Below are positions 1 to 14,452 of a stretch of DNA of 64,000 nucleotides, one piece after another. The notes beneath the pieces were generated by a model. That model made no database searches and was not told the origin of the DNA. It worked only from the letters and a program-made list of their open reading frames with translations. Every line of letters begins with the position of its first letter. The first letter of the stretch is position 1. The stretch comes from Salpingoeca rosetta (taxonomy: Eukaryota; Protista; Choanoflagellata). A program made the translations under genes and the position numbers. The DNA lies in NCBI GenBank assembly GCA_033442325.1, contig JAWQFM010000005.1, positions 3,278 through 67,277 on the forward strand, read 5' to 3'.

Positions 1-308
1 CGGAGCGTGGCAGCGACACGTACCTCTCCTTCCTCGGCCATTACCGCGGCATGCTGTCCACCATGAAGATGTCGCCACAGCAGCTCGTCGACTTTGGCAA
101 CGCCTACGCCACAGATGCGCTCATGCTGCCCACACCACCCGTGCTCTCCCAAAGCATCCTCGCTCGCATGGGCCTGGACAACAAGTCCCTCTCGCGCGTG
201 CGTGTGTCCTCGGACCGCAGGCGTCCACACGCCCACTCGCGCATGCCGCGTCGCCAACACCAGCGCCCGAGCCGTGCACGCAAGCCCCGCCCGCCACCAC
301 GCTACTGA
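1..308 (+). CDS. 3' end of a DEAD-box RNA helicase, Mss116/CYT-19-like (partial)
   Basis: The frame from base 3 reads ERGSDTYLSFLGHYRGMLSTMKMSPQQLVDFGNAYATDALMLPTPPVLSQSILARMGLDNKSLSRVRV, then an Arg-rich tail and TGA at 306-308. This resembles the YxSxLGYY...LVxxAN...PPxLxxxxxxKMGL C-terminal extension of Mss116-type helicases. Confidence 0.6.
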   Translation, partial: ERGSDTYLSFLGHYRGMLSTMKMSPQQLVDFGNAYATDALMLPTPPVLSQSILARMGLDNKSLSRVRVSSDRRRPHAHSRMPRRQHQRPSRARKPRPPPRY

Positions 309-683
309 GGTCCTGGGGGAGAGAGGTTAAGGTTGCTGCTGCTTGTTGCTGTGAGCAAGGGAGTGGGTGATTATGCGCGCTTGTGAACCGGTTTTGTCGT
401 GTGCGTTGTGTAGTGTGCGTGTGATGTGTTGAATGTGTGTTTGTGTGCATTTGTCTGTCTGTCTGTCTGTCTGTCGAGTGTACTGGGCGTGTTGGGAAGT
501 GGGTCATGTGAAGGAGGAGTGTAACAATGTCTCTCAGATCAGGGCGAGCTTTTCAGCTTGCATTGTGTTGCTTTTGATTGCTGCGTGCGTGAGGATTTGG
601 TGATTGCTTGCCTGCTTGCTTGCTTGCCTGCTTGATGATAAACATGAAGGACCACAAGATACGAAGCTTGAAAGGAAGAGGCA

Positions 684-810
<127 letters not shown>

Positions 811-910
811 NNNNNNNNNNNNNNNNNNNNNNNNNNNNNNNNNNNNNNNNNNNNNNNNNNNNNNNNNNNNNNNNNNNNNNNNNNNNNNNNNNNNNNNNNN
901 NNNNNNNNNN
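811..910. other. 100-N gap, probable scaffold junction or spacer
   Basis: Exactly 100 Ns followed directly by a telomere array. Confidence 0.85.
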
Positions 911-1206
911 TAAACCCTAACCCTAACCCTAACCCTAACCCTAACCCTAACCCTAACCCTAACCCTAACCCTAACCCTAACCCTAACCCTAACCCTAACC
1001 CTAACCCTAACCCTAACCCTAACCCAACCTAACCCTAACCCTAACCCTAACCCTAACCCTAACCCTAACCCTAACCCTAACCCTAACCCTAACCCTAACC
1101 CTAACCCTAACCCTAACCCTAACCCTAACCCTAACCCTAACCCTAACCCTAACCCTAACCCTAACCCTAACCCTAACCCTAACCCTAACCCTAACCCTAA
1201 CCCTAA
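911..1206. repeat. Telomeric repeat array (CCCTAA)n = TTAGGG, left chromosome end orientation
   Basis: About 49 near-perfect CCCTAA units, with one variant patch at 1021-1032. Confidence 0.97.
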
Positions 1207-4200
1207 CAATCCACACCGCGATCACGGCGGAATTGCCTCCTGCATGCGCAAGCTTGGTGTCATCAAAGACAGTCGCCACCTGCCTTTCTCAAAAACAACA
1301 GACAGACAGCGCCCACCCTCTATCAGAGATCACAGCAGATATACACACATACATGTGCCTTGCCGTCACTCCGCCAGCGGCTTGCAACTTGCTTCAACAT
1401 CATAGACTTTTGGCTCAACACCAGCAATCCATGCAAAGCTTTGCTTGCTCTCGCTCGCAATACTTCATCGACCCGCATGTCACAGCGGGCTGCGTCTTGC
1501 CTCCAGAGGCAACCACAGCCACACCCACAACACACAGCTAACAACGTTTTCTATTTCACTGTGCTACATCCACGTGTGCAGCAAAGCAACTGCCAGCCAT
1601 TCCCCACACACAAACACATGTTGGCTCATCGCCCTTCTCCCAACACACAGCTACACACACAAGGAAAATGCAAGCCCTTTCATGCGCACACACGTCATCT
1701 ACGCGCCAGGCACATCGCTGTGCCCGGGTCTCAATGCACCATGCGTGCAGGCTTGCTTCCTGCGTCTCGCTGCGTCACATCACTGTGAGGAGAGAAGAAC
1801 AATCAAGAGTCAACAATGCGTGTTTGTGTGAGAAGAATGTCCAGCGCTTCACATTGTCACACTCAGAGGAAGCTGAACAATCAGCACGCCCTCTTTCCGC
1901 AAACACAGTCGTTGCTCGCCACAAGCGCATGTCGTGTGTTGCTTTGCTTCTGTGTAGTAGAGATGCGTTTGCTCATGCGAGTGATCACAAGAACACACAC
2001 AGAGACACGAGCAATCGCTTGCTCGCCTCCCCACATGTGCGCCTCATCACACCCACACACATCGCTCACGCATCACACACACAAGCATCCACACACACAC
2101 ACACACACTCGTGCTGTTCTCATTGCATGTGCTGTGCATGCATGTGTGCTCGTGCAAGCATTGCTTACAACACAATTAAGTGCCGCTTCGCTATACCTGC
2201 ACTCACACACACACATTTCACACACACACAAATGAAGAGAGAGGTCGCTCAGAACACAGCAGATCCAAGACCCAAGAAGAAAGAGAAGTTGTAGCTGCAA
2301 GGGCGCAGACGCGGCTTTTCGTGCCCGCAAGCAGTCCTGCTCAGCGACATTCGCCTTGCTCTCTTGCTTGCGCCTCTACTCAGCGGCTCTTTGCCTTTGC
2401 CTTCTCTTTTCCTTTTTTTTTTTGTCTTGCTCATTTGCATCCTTCCTCTCATGTATGCCAATCCATCGAGCGGCAGCTGTTTGAATCGCTGCTTTGCCCT
2501 CGTGCACTTTGCCTGCAGGCACCGCAATCTAGATTCAGTGATTCTGCTAGATCTAGATTTGTGACTGGATCTAGCTGGTGCGCACAGCTTCACTGCATCA
2601 AGATTCTTCACACTGCTCACACCCCAGATTCCCCTGGCCCGTGACCAACCAATGCTTGCATGCATGCAATGCCCTTGCTTCGCTTGCCTACGCTGCACTG
2701 CACAGCTGCACTGGTGCCTCGCCATGCAGTGTTCAGACACTACTTGTTACAGTATTGGGGCTTTTTCCATCACATGATCGCACTTTTTCTGCACCCCCTT
2801 TTTGACTTCACTGCATCAGTCTCCCTACTCCGATGATCAAGTGAGCAAGCGAGCAAACGTCACTGCACCATGCCATGAGCTGCTGCAACAGGCACAAGAC
2901 CACGTGGCTGGCTCGCAGGCACACGTGCGCACGAGCACACTGCACTGTGCGCACTTCTACTTGCCTGCAGGCACGCTGCACTGAAGCAAGAAGGAGCAAA
3001 CCAAAGTGCAGCAAGGATGGATTCGTTTCCATGTGATTGAACAAGAGACGAGCAAGCAGGCAGAGAACGACGAGGAGCAGCGCAAGGCATACGTGTGCAC
3101 GTGTGTGTACATGCGTTTGTGTGTAGCTGTTGCCTGCAGGCACGGGAACGTGTTTCTGATTGAAATGGATCGGATGAGTAGCAATCCTCTGCTCACTGCA
3201 AGCACACTTGCATGCGATTGTGCAGTGCTGTTGGGTTACTCGCAAACACTCACAACTTCTCCTACATGCATTGGATTCACTCCACTACATCCGTCTACTC
3301 ACTCTTGAGTTGCTCGCAAGCACTCGCAACTTCTCCTGCTTGCATTGGATTCACTCCACTACATCCGTCTGCAAGCACTCACAACTTCCCCTGCTTGCAT
3401 TGGACTCACTCCACAATGATCCCTCTACTCCCTGTTGTGTTACTCGCAGGCACTCACAACTTCTTCTACTTGCATTACTCACTCGCAAGCACTCACAACA
3501 TCTCCTGCTTGCATTGGATTCACTCTACAACATCTGTCAACTCACTGCTGTGTTACTCGCAGGCACTCACAACATCTCCTGCTTGCATTGGATTCACTCC
3601 ACTCCATCCGTCTACTCACTGTTGTGTTACTTGCAAACACTCACAACATCTCCTGCTTGCATTGGATTCACTCCACTCCATCCGTCTACTCACTGTTGTG
3701 TTACTTGCAAACACTCACAACTTCTCCTGCTTGCATTGGATTCACTCCACTACATCCGTCTACTCACTCGCAAGCACTCACAACTTCTCCTGCCTGCACT
3801 GGATTCACTCCACAATGATACCTCTACTCACTGTTGTGTTCACTCACAACTTCTCCTACTTGCATTGAATTCTCTCCACGACATCCGCCTACTCATTGTT
3901 GTGTTACTCGCAGGCACTCACAACTTCTCCTACTTGCATTGGATTCACTTCACCACACCCGTCTATTCGCTGCAGACACTTGTGTGTACGCTTGCTTGCT
4001 CTGTGCGTGTTGCTTGCAAGTACCCACAACTTCCCTTGCTTCCACCTTGTTCACTTGACAACACTCCTCCACTCACTCAGCGCTGCGTCACTGCTTCACC
4101 CACCATGCCTGCACGCACCTGCAATCGACCCTTTATCAATCCACACCATCACTCACACACCTTCATTCACACACCGCTCTGTCGCCCCACTTCACTCCAC

Positions 4201-6239
4201 GCCACTCCACTTCATTCAGCAGCATCGCCTCGCTTCTTGGATTCACTCTCAGACATCACCTGCTATCTCTCGCCTCCAGCAGCGACATGATCAGGTGCGT
4301 AAGAAGCTCGCTGCAATCGCCTTCTTCTCTTCCCACTTTACCTTCTCCCTTCGTGCATGCTTGCTGCTACTTGCAATGTTTGTGCTCCTGCTTCCTTTGC
4401 TCCACCTCCACACTCACAACACAACACAACAAAACACACATCCCTGCACGTGCTGCTTTGTCCCTTTGTCTCACCCTTCACTCACTTGCGCCTTTCCCTC
4501 TTCCCTTTGCCTTTCCACATTCCATGTGTTGCATTGTTGCTTTGCACTTGTTCCCACATGCTTTATTCAACCTTGGCCCTCTTCCTCTCTTCCATCTACT
4601 CAGTGCCACACAGCACATCTCCACGCAACATCACACATCCCTCACTTCACACAACACAACACAACACCACATACAACACACTGTGTGCATTTGTGCTTCC
4701 CTTCGTCACTTTCTTTCACCACCTTGTCATCACAAGCCTTGTTTGCCTGCCTCACCTGCGTTTCACCACCCCTCCTGTCTTGTTTCAATTCTTGCCGTTG
4801 CTGCTGCTGTTTCCATGTGCTTGCATGCCTTCCCTTGTCCCTGTTCACTACTTTGTGCCGCCACTCCTTCCCTTCCCCTTTCCTGACCTTTCCTGCCTCG
4901 TTCATGTTTCATGCTGCACGTGTTACAGCACATCATAAACCCACCAAGCCCACACTGTCGCCTTCTTCTACATCAGCCCTGTTCACCACCACCATCACTC
5001 GTCGCTGCCACCATCGCTCGCTTTATCCTTTCCCCCATCCCCACGTTCACAGCTGCTGCTGCTGCTGTCCTCACCTGCATGCAACACCCGCTCCACAGCC
5101 ACACGCCCAGCTCGCCACCAATCCAATCCACATCACATCACACACACCGTGTTGACTTCACCGCAACCATCCACAACCATCCATCCACCAGCAGCATCAC
5201 ACGATACACACAGCTGCACATGCGTGTTGCATTGTATATTTCCACTACACTTCAGCAACACGACAGCAAGCAAACACACACGCGCACACACGTGGCAAGA
5301 ATAAGCGAGAAAACATCCCCATATCAACTGCAAGCAACACACACACACACACACACGCAACAAGCGACAGCTCCATGCTACGCCACACCGCTTCACTGCC
5401 CCATCAACCGCCATCATACCTTCAACCAACAAGAACAGCAGCAGCAGCAGCAGTGTGCATGCTGTGGCAAGAGAGAACAGAGAGAGAGAACAGAGAAAGG
5501 GAAAGGGGGGAAGAAGGCAGAAGGACACAAGGAGAGAGACGTGCACCCTGTCAACAACAACACAACACAACACAACAACACAACACATACACAATGCAAC
5601 ACCACCCGCTCACGCTCCCCTCCTTCTCCAACGAGGTGCGTGGTCTATGGCACGCCCACGTCCTGCTTGCTTGTCCTGTGCCCTTGCTTGCTCGTGTCCT
5701 TGCTTGGTTGTGCGTGCCTTGGGTTCCAACAAACAGCCTGCACTTCCCCTGCACAAACGTCCATGTGTCTGTGTGCATGTGCGTGTGAGGGGATGACGAA
5801 GAGGGAAGGGGGAAGCGAGCAGAAGAAGAAGAAGAAAGGGAGAGATGGGAGGTGCGTGAGCACAGACGATGGTGATGGGCGCACACGACGTGGTTGTGGT
5901 GAACACGCACACACACAATCACACAGCGAAGCAGCAACGCACAACAGACACAATAGACACAAACAGGGGGGAACAGAGCAAGCAGCAGCGCAACACACAC
6001 ACACGCATCAAGTGCACGACATCAGCCAGTCAGCATCATCCAACACCCCTTGCATCCACTGGTCCATCCATGCAGCAGCGGTGGTGGCAGCAGGAGAGAG
6101 AGGGAGAGGAGGGAGAGGAGGAAGAGTGTGCCCTGCCTTGCCTGTGTGGGGAGGTGTGTCTGCACACCCACTCACTGTGTGCCTGTGCGTGTGTCACCAT
6201 CCATACAAGCACATGTGTGAGACAGAGGGAAGCAAGCAG

Positions 6240-6274
<35 letters not shown>

Positions 6275-9200
6275 GTGAATCACAAGCAGACACAGCATGA
6301 ACGACATGCACAAAGTCACTGTCACACATGCAAGTGCAACGCACCGTGAGGTGGCATCAGACTGCCTACCAGCACGCGTGCGCGTGTGTGTGTGTTCACA
6401 CATGTGTGGACCGATGCAGTCCATCATCCCTTTCTGTCTGCGTGTGAGCCAAATGCATCCACAGCAGCAGGAGTGCGTGTGAGATCACAACACCCACCAC
6501 AGCCACGTCCCACCTCTCCATCAACAAACACACAAACACACGCACCCACACAGCAGTCAAGCCAATTGACAGAACTCACCCAAACTCACGGTGCCAGCGT
6601 GCCATGGGCCTGTGCAGCACATACGTCAGCCTCACCGACCGTGGGCAATGCCTTGCATGCCTTTGGCCCTGCACACGTCCATGGTGTGGCGCTGCTGTGC
6701 CTGTTCTCTGCTTGCAACTGTTCACCATCACACCATCACCCACCACACCCCACACAATCCACGGAACCAAACGAAACCACCCACAACAGAACCGCCAGTG
6801 AGTGCCCGTCACAACGCGCACCCTCTCCCTCCTCTCCACCAACACTGCGCCAGCCACGCACACGAACAACGCAAGCCACCTCCCACTCAAACACACACGC
6901 ACCTTGATTCGCGTTTCGCCTGCTGCTTGTTTGTGTGTGTTGGTCTTGTTGGTTCGTGTTTGGGCGATTTGTGGAAGATGCCACAAATAATCGCCCACTG
7001 CTGCGGTTGTGCGGCAACTGCTGTTTGCTTTCTGCTGTTGCTTGTTGAAGGGCGGACTTGCTTGCTTGCTTGCATGCTTGGTTGATTGAGTTGGTTGGTT
7101 TCAATGAGACAAGGAGGAGAAGAAGGAGAAGGGGGACAGCACTGTGTGTGTGAATGCAACGCAGGTTCACAGGCCTTGCAGGCTGCGGAGGGAAGAAGAA
7201 AGGGGACAAGAAAGGGGGATGGAAAAGAAGAAGAAACAGCACACACACACACAGTTGTGGACAGCATGCATCCCCTCCTCTTCTCTCCTCCTCCTCCCTC
7301 CCCTTTCACAGTCACAACAGACAGCCAACAGCCACACAAAGGGCTGGAAGAGAAAACAAACAAGGGGGAGGGGGCAACAGCCACCCAGCCAGATCGCCAT
7401 GGAAGAAAGCGGCGAGGTGATGGAGGGTGGAAAGGAGAACACCGTCCATCAACACACGCACACACATCTGTTGGGAGCCCCACGTCTTCTGTCCTTGCTT
7501 CCCCTCTTCCTTTCCTCGGCCTGGGTTGAGTTGTGTTGGTTGAGGTGGCACAGCTCGCCATGGTGTGTCATGCCTGGATGTGGGTGTGGGTGTGGGCATG
7601 GGTGTTGGATGTGGATGGGTGCCTCTGTCTGCGTGTGTGAAAAGGGGTGGAGGGAAACAGTGGAAGGGGTGGTAGCAGCAGAGAGGAAGGAGAAGAAGCA
7701 AGAAGTGAGAGGGTGGATGTGAGCATGCCATGTATAAGTGGACAACAACTACCCACGGGGTGTGGTGATGATGATGATGATGTGGTTGGTGTTGTGCGTT
7801 GCGTGATGGCACAAGAACACAAAGGTCAATCACACACAAATACACACACACCTCATCGTCGATCAACGCATCTGCCTGACATATGCGCACACGCGCACGC
7901 ACATCTGCAGTCACACACACACACACACAGTCACACATGGCATTGCAGAGTGAGACGGTGCACCATGCACACGCATGCACAGCAATGCAAACACAACCAC
8001 AACAACCACCACAGCAACATCCCTCTCCCCATCTCCATCCCCCAAATGCACGGTCACATGACCAGGTACACAGCCGTGGTGGTGATAATGGCCATGATGA
8101 ACGCCTTCCTCCCTCTTCCCCTCAACCCCTTCCACCAAACACACACACAACATTGCGTGCCCTCACCTCGTGCATCGTGTTGCTGTCGGCGTGGTTGATG
8201 GCGATGCACACACATGTACGCGCATACGCACACATTGCTGTGTGTGTGTGCCCACTTGAGATGAGTAACGGAGGGAGAGAAATGGGCGACACGACACGAC
8301 GGCCAGTCAACCCCAGCCAATCCAATCCAGCATCCACCGCCGTGTGTTGCCTGCTGCAGTCATCATCACAATCACACGCAATCACAATCACAGGTACAAG
8401 CAAAAGGAATGAGCCACTGATATGTGTGTCAGTGCCATGTGATACCACCACCATCACACGATTCACGTGCATGTATGTGTACACGCACCCCCATCTCCCA
8501 ACCAACATCATCGCCCTCCTATCACTTCCCTTCCCTCTCCCTCCTCTCGCTCTGCACTCCCACTACTCTCACCGTGTCACTTCCCTCCCCCCCCCCTGCT
8601 TCCCACCACTCCATACAACCCAGCCCACCAACCAACCAACCAACCGCCAACGATTATCCTCACCTGTGCTTGATGCAGCGAGACAGCCAGCCAATGTGCC
8701 ACAGCAAAGCCAGAAAAAGGAAGCGCAATCACACGCCACGGCCACCATCGTTACCGCTGATGGAGCAGAAAGGGGAGATAATGGGGGAAGAGTGGTGGGC
8801 ACGGGCCATGTCATTCCTCGTCTTCATCCGTGCAGCCCCAAACACGGTGCACAGCGCACAGGCACACGCACGGCCATCATCACAGCAGCACCAGTAGCAG
8901 CAGCGAGCTAGCCTGCCTGCGTGCCTGTGGGGCAAGAGAAACCAACCAGAGACGAACAACGACCGGTGATGGTGAGGACAGAAAGGAGGGACACAAAGGA
9001 CCACGCATGGGAATATGCAGCATGTTGTGGGCGGGTGAACCAGATACACACAAGAACAACGAAGCAAGCATCCAACAAGCAAGCAAGCAAACACGCGATA
9101 TCATATCCACCATATCCACCACTGCAATACCTGTGTTGGCCGCTGTCTCGATCACGCCTCAGCAGCTGCACATCACATGGGGAAGGCTGATGATGATGAT

Positions 9201-12200
9201 GACACAGAGCAAAGGCGATTGGTTGGGAAAGGCGGAAGGGAAATCGGTTGGGGAAACCCGCACAACGTCCGCCTGCAGCCACGCACACACGCACACACAC
9301 ATTGAGTTGTGTGATTGATTCATGTGAGACACACGTCAGTGCAACCACCCCACAGCCAATGTCTGCTCTGGTGTGCTAGCATGCATGTGTAGATGCGTGT
9401 ACGTGCGTGCGTATGTGCGTGTGAATGTGTACTACCACCCCATCACACACACACACACACACAGAGCCAACGTCTCACCTTGTGCCTTCTTCTCTCGCAC
9501 AATTGTGTGTGCGTGTATCGCCCTGCTCGTGTCATGAGGGCTTGGGAAGAGATCGGCCACCGTCCTGTGCAAATCACACACATGTACACACGCGCAAGCA
9601 CAAAGAACCAAATCAGCAAGAATGACACCACGCAGTGAGCCAGCATGGCAGAAACAAACCACATCCACCTCGTTTGCCACATTCACATCACCCACATCAC
9701 CACCCGTGCACGCACATGTCACATCCCACCACAGACACCACCGCCACCACCGCCACAAGCAGCACACCTGCACATGCGTGTGCGTGCGCCGTGTACATGC
9801 ACCACAAACCACTCACCACCAGCAGCAGCAGCGTCGTCGCGCGAGGCGACGGCACATCGACGCACATCACACCCTGTACGTGTGCGTGTGAAGAAAGAGG
9901 TGAGTTGTCACAGAATCAGGCTGTCAACGACAACAACACCCGTTGCCAGCACCAGCAGACCCAATGACATCCAACCAACACATCACAATCAATCACGCAC
10001 ATGTACATGCTGATGCTCACACCCAACACATCACACACACCAACCACATCACCTCAACCCCCACCCATTCATCTCACCTCCACATCCATGGCCGCAGCCG
10101 CTGCTGTTGGCGACCAATGACGACGAGGACGAGGGGGAGGTGGACATGAACGAGAGGCAGAGGGCCAGTTCATCCACAATGCAGCCAGACATCGGCTGTT
10201 GCTGCTGTTGTTGCTGCTGGTGGAAAAGGTGAAAACAAACGGCCCCTTGCCACGCCGTGTCCTTTGCTCGCTCGCTCGGCTGCTTGGTTGGTCGGTTGGA
10301 TGGAAGCGGGATGCATGGCCCTGTGTCACAATCAAGCGCAAAAAGGGGGAGAGGAAGAAAAGACGCATGAGTGGACAGAACAGACAAGGAAAGTGGGAGG
10401 AGAAGGAGGAAACACAACATTTCAACCAACGCACACACACGCACACACATCTCAGTCGCCCTCTCACCTTCATCACTCGTCATCGTCATCATCGTTGTTG
10501 GTTCCACCGCTTCATGCGCCTCCTCAACGCTGTCAAACGTGTGTGCACAGACACAAGATGGGAGAGAATGCAGGGGGTGAGGTTGACAGCGAAGCATGAT
10601 CAATCACACGCAAGCCCCATCAAACCACCCGCATTGACACACATCCACGCACACATGTTGTCCCCGCTCACCACCATGCACCCGCACAAGCACGCACATT
10701 GCTCACCTCTTCATCAGAGCGACTGACATGTGCAATGTCTGCCTCACGCCAGATTGGAGCTGGTGTCGGCCCGCGTGTGATGTCGGCTGTGCGGTCGATG
10801 GTGATGGTGACTGAGGAGCTGAGGTGGAAGAGCGAGAAAGGAGAAAGAAATGGGGAAGGTTGATGATGATGATGGGTCGTTCATGGCGGCTTCCTTCCCC
10901 TCCTCTGATGTGGCCCTGGTGCGCATGCAACCAACACACAACGACAAGACACAACGACATGATCACACACGAGGTACAGGCATGGCATGTGAGCACAGCA
11001 GACGCGTTCACCTTCCTATTCCCTCCTCTGCTTCCCTCCCCCCGCTCCACCATAACCACACACACACACACACACACACACACCTGCACATAGCTGCGTC
11101 GCTGTGGTTGGATGTGCCCACCATGACCATGGACGTGTGTGTCCACAGCTGCTCCTCCCAATCCATCATGTGTGTACCCGCCCATCATCCTCCAACGATA
11201 CTCACGCAATCGCCCCCCTGCAGCCACATACACACACACACACACACTTTGCATGTGAGCGGCGCAGCTACACTGCTACATGAGGCATAGCAGCAGCAAC
11301 AACAGCAAACACCCACAGCAGCAACAACACCAACACATGCACCATGTGCCAACCAAAGCATGCATTATGGGCTCACCTTGCTCACATGTGGGAACGCTGC
11401 ATGAGCACAACAGCGGCAGCCGAATCGGGGAAGTTGCAGCAGCAGCCGCCGGCATGCTAGCCCACATCCATCAACATCCTGATGTGTGCTGGTACCTCAG
11501 CACCTGTGCATGTGCGTGGTTGCAGGGAACGTGGATGGGAACAGAACACAACAGGCAGACAGCAAGCCATCACGTCAGCACAGCAGAAGAAGTGAGTGAC
11601 ATCACACGCAACACGTGTGCGCGTGTGTGTGTGTGTGCGTGTGTGATCATCATCCCCCATCAACCCTCTTCCACTTGTTCGCTTCACCGCACCCCATCAC
11701 CGCCACATCGCAGCACACAACCAACAACCACTCATCACCACGCACATACCATGTGTGAAGCGGGTGCAGCTGGCACGCGTGGCAAGTAGCCTCGACATTT
11801 CCCTCATCCTGCTGTCTGTGCGTGCGTATCACCTGTAAGTGTGTTTGCGTGCGAGCACCAGCATGGTGAGTGAGTGAGTGAGTGGGAGGGAAAGAGGGAG
11901 TATGAATATGTGCGCAGCTACACCGCTGCTGCCACTGCTGCTGCTGTGCATGCATGTGAAGAAGAAAGGGAAGAGAGAGAAAACAGAAAACAAAAGGGAA
12001 GGAACAAGACATGCGGCACCCCATCCATCCATCCATCCCTCTTCCTCACACCACCACCATCATCCCCTGTCACCAGCCACACCGCACCACACCACACTCA
12101 CCCAGCATCCCCCACCCCACCCCACCCCATCCATCCATCCATCCATCAACATACATCTCCTCTCCGTTTCCCCTCTTCTCGCCCTCACCTCTGCTGCTGC

Positions 12201-13013
12201 TTCGAGCCGAAAATGCAACTTGTGCTGTCGCCACCTGTTCCCAGCAGCAGGCAGCCAGCTTCTGCAAGCAGCAGCGGGCGATGGGTTGGTTGGTTGGGGA
12301 ATGTGTTCAGCTGCAAGTGATGCTGGTGGTGGTGGTGCATTCTCTGCTGCTGCTGCATCGGCGGTGGAGGGTGTGTTGGCTGCTGCTGCTGCTGTTGTTG
12401 TTGTGATAGCCGTCAGGGAGGGCGAGAAAGAGAGGGGAATATAAGCAGCAGCTGCAAGGTGAAGAATGTGCAGGTGTGCAAGCAGTTGTGTGTGAGAACG
12501 ACGAATGAGACAGCGCATCAAGCAAGGCAAAACAGGCAGCCGCACGACACACATGCACACATTGATGTGGGACAACAAGGGGAGACAGGAACAGCAGAGA
12601 CAGCGACCACAAAACACGCACGCTGCCGCTGTGCACATCACACATATACGTGCAGTGATGCACTCACGTTGCTCATGGCTTGCTTGTGGTGTGGTGTGAG
12701 TTGCTGCTGCTGTTTCCACAGCCGCACAGGCGTGGCTGGATGGTCATCACATGGCAGCGCCCGTCTGTTCATCCCACCAGAGCAGTGGTGGTTGGTGGAG
12801 GGAGGTGGGTGACAGCTGCTGGCTCAAGGGCCCTGTTGTGTGGCGACAGCAGAAAGAAGGAAGGGGAAACGAGCAAGTGTGGAGGGTGGTGGTGATGGTG
12901 GTGGTGAGGATGGGAAGGGAAGGATGTGAGCAAAGACACAAGAAAATGAGGTGGTGGTGATGATGGCGTGTTGGTGGGTGGAGAAGAGAACAGGCACGTC
13001 GACACACACACAC

Positions 13014-13059
<46 letters not shown>

Positions 13060-13328
13060 CTGTCTGGGTACAGCAGTGGTTCGATTACCAATCGTCTGTC
13101 AGCACGCAGTCATTTGTTGGTTGGTTGGTGGGAGTTGCCCACTGCCTCGCGCATCAGCCAGCACCTGCTGCTGCTGCTGCTGCTGATGATGATGATGATG
13201 GAATGCATCCATCTGCACGCACCACCACAAACAAGCAAGCAACAACGGCAGCAGTGAGCAGCGTGTGTCACAGACAAAACGAGGAAAGAGAGGAAGGGGA
13301 GGAGGAGGAGAAGAAACACAACCCCGTG

Positions 13329-13373
<45 letters not shown>

Positions 13374-13516
13374 TGGCTGTGATGTTGGTTGATGTCATCC
13401 CCCCTCTCTCACATGTGTGTGCTGCTCACTGGTTGAGAGGCTGCATGATCCATTCTCAGGGTCGCCGCTGCATGACGGTGGTTGATGGCAGTTGTTCTGT
13501 CACCACACAACGGTGA

Positions 13517-13584
<68 letters not shown>

Positions 13585-14300
13585 CTGTGTGTGCACGATG
13601 ACAGCGTGAACTGTGGTGTTGTTGTTGTTGATGGGGGTGGTTGTTTGCTTCTGTGCGCAGTGTGCAAGGGGAAGAAGGGGAAGAGGAGGAGAACGGAGTG
13701 GAGGAGGAAGAAGTGAGAGCACTCCATCTCACCCTCACCTGTCGATGGATGGGTCATTCATGTGGTCGGTGGTTGGTTGGTTGGTTGGTGTGTGTGTGTG
13801 TGCATCACAGGAGAAGGAAATGGACAACGATGGACGGATGGAAGGGAGGATGGATGGATGGAAGGGAGAAGGGGGGAGAGACTCCCTGTGCATGTGTGTG
13901 TGTGTGTGTGCGTGTGTGAATGCGTCAGCGAGGACGACGATGGGAAGAAAGGAAGGGAAGAAGGAAGGAACGTGGCACGCACAACCACTAATGTGTGTGT
14001 GTGCACGAACCAATGACACATCCCCACCTCACCTCACCTCACCTCACCTCACCTCACTTCATTCCACCCCACCTGCCTGTCAGCGATGACGACGACCATG
14101 ATCACCATCACCATTCCCACCACCATCACCATCACACACACATGGGGCTGCTGCGCAGAAGAAGAATGAAGTAACGGCGAGTGGATTGGTTGGTTGGTTG
14201 GTTGGAAAGCAGAATCGGTAGCAGAAACGAGCAGAAACGAGCAAACAACCGGTTTTTTGGTGTGTGTGCGATTTTCCTCTTCCTCTTCTTGCTGGCTCTG
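1207..14300. other. Subtelomeric, apparently gene-free low-complexity region
   Basis: No ORF with a recognisable domain. Dense short CA/GT, CAG, CAC and GGTT repeats; the ORF translations are low-complexity. Confidence 0.6.
3230..4045 (+). repeat. Subtelomeric minisatellite, ~74-bp unit, ~12 full or partial copies
   Basis: Recurring unit CACTCACAAC(T/A)TCTCCTGCTTGCATTGGATTCACTCCACTACATCCGTCTACTCACTGTTGTGTTACTCGCAGG. Cores at about 3494, 3568, 3642 and 3716 are 74 bp apart, with deleted variants on either side. Confidence 0.9.
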
Positions 14301-14332
14301 CCTTGATAAATTGCTTGTCTTGCTGTACTGTC

Positions 14333-14452
14333 GGCAACGTTCAAACCAACGGGATCACGCCCGCTCTCGTCCGATCGCGGAAGCTAAGCCCGTTTGGGCC
14401 CGTTCAGTACTGCCGTGGGTGACCAGGCGGGAATCACGGGTGATGTTGCTCT
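14333..14452 (+). rRNA. 5S rRNA: 5S ribosomal RNA
   Basis: GGCAACG...CTCTCGTCCGATCGCGGAAGCTAAGC...GGGCCCGTTCAGTACT...GGGTGACC...GGGAA...GTGATGTTGCT, about 120 nt. The terminal stem GGCAAC/GTTGCT, helices CCAACGGG/CCCGTTTGG and GCCCGT/ACGGGT, and box A/C-like motifs are present. Confidence 0.95.

Noticed and set aside
2232-3180. Possible exon remnants (MKREVAQNTADP..., QGWIRFHVIEQETSKQAENDEEQRK)
   Set aside because: They look coding but are short, interrupted by stops and not assignable to a family.
3208-4290. 360-aa repetitive ORF, or a CRISPR-like array
   Set aside because: It is a translation of the minisatellite. The 'spacers' are related to each other and no cas genes are present in this eukaryotic context.
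3896-14300. Many 100-450 aa ORFs in the subtelomere
   Set aside because: Low-complexity H/T/C/V-rich products caused by stop-poor CA/GT sequence, with no domains.
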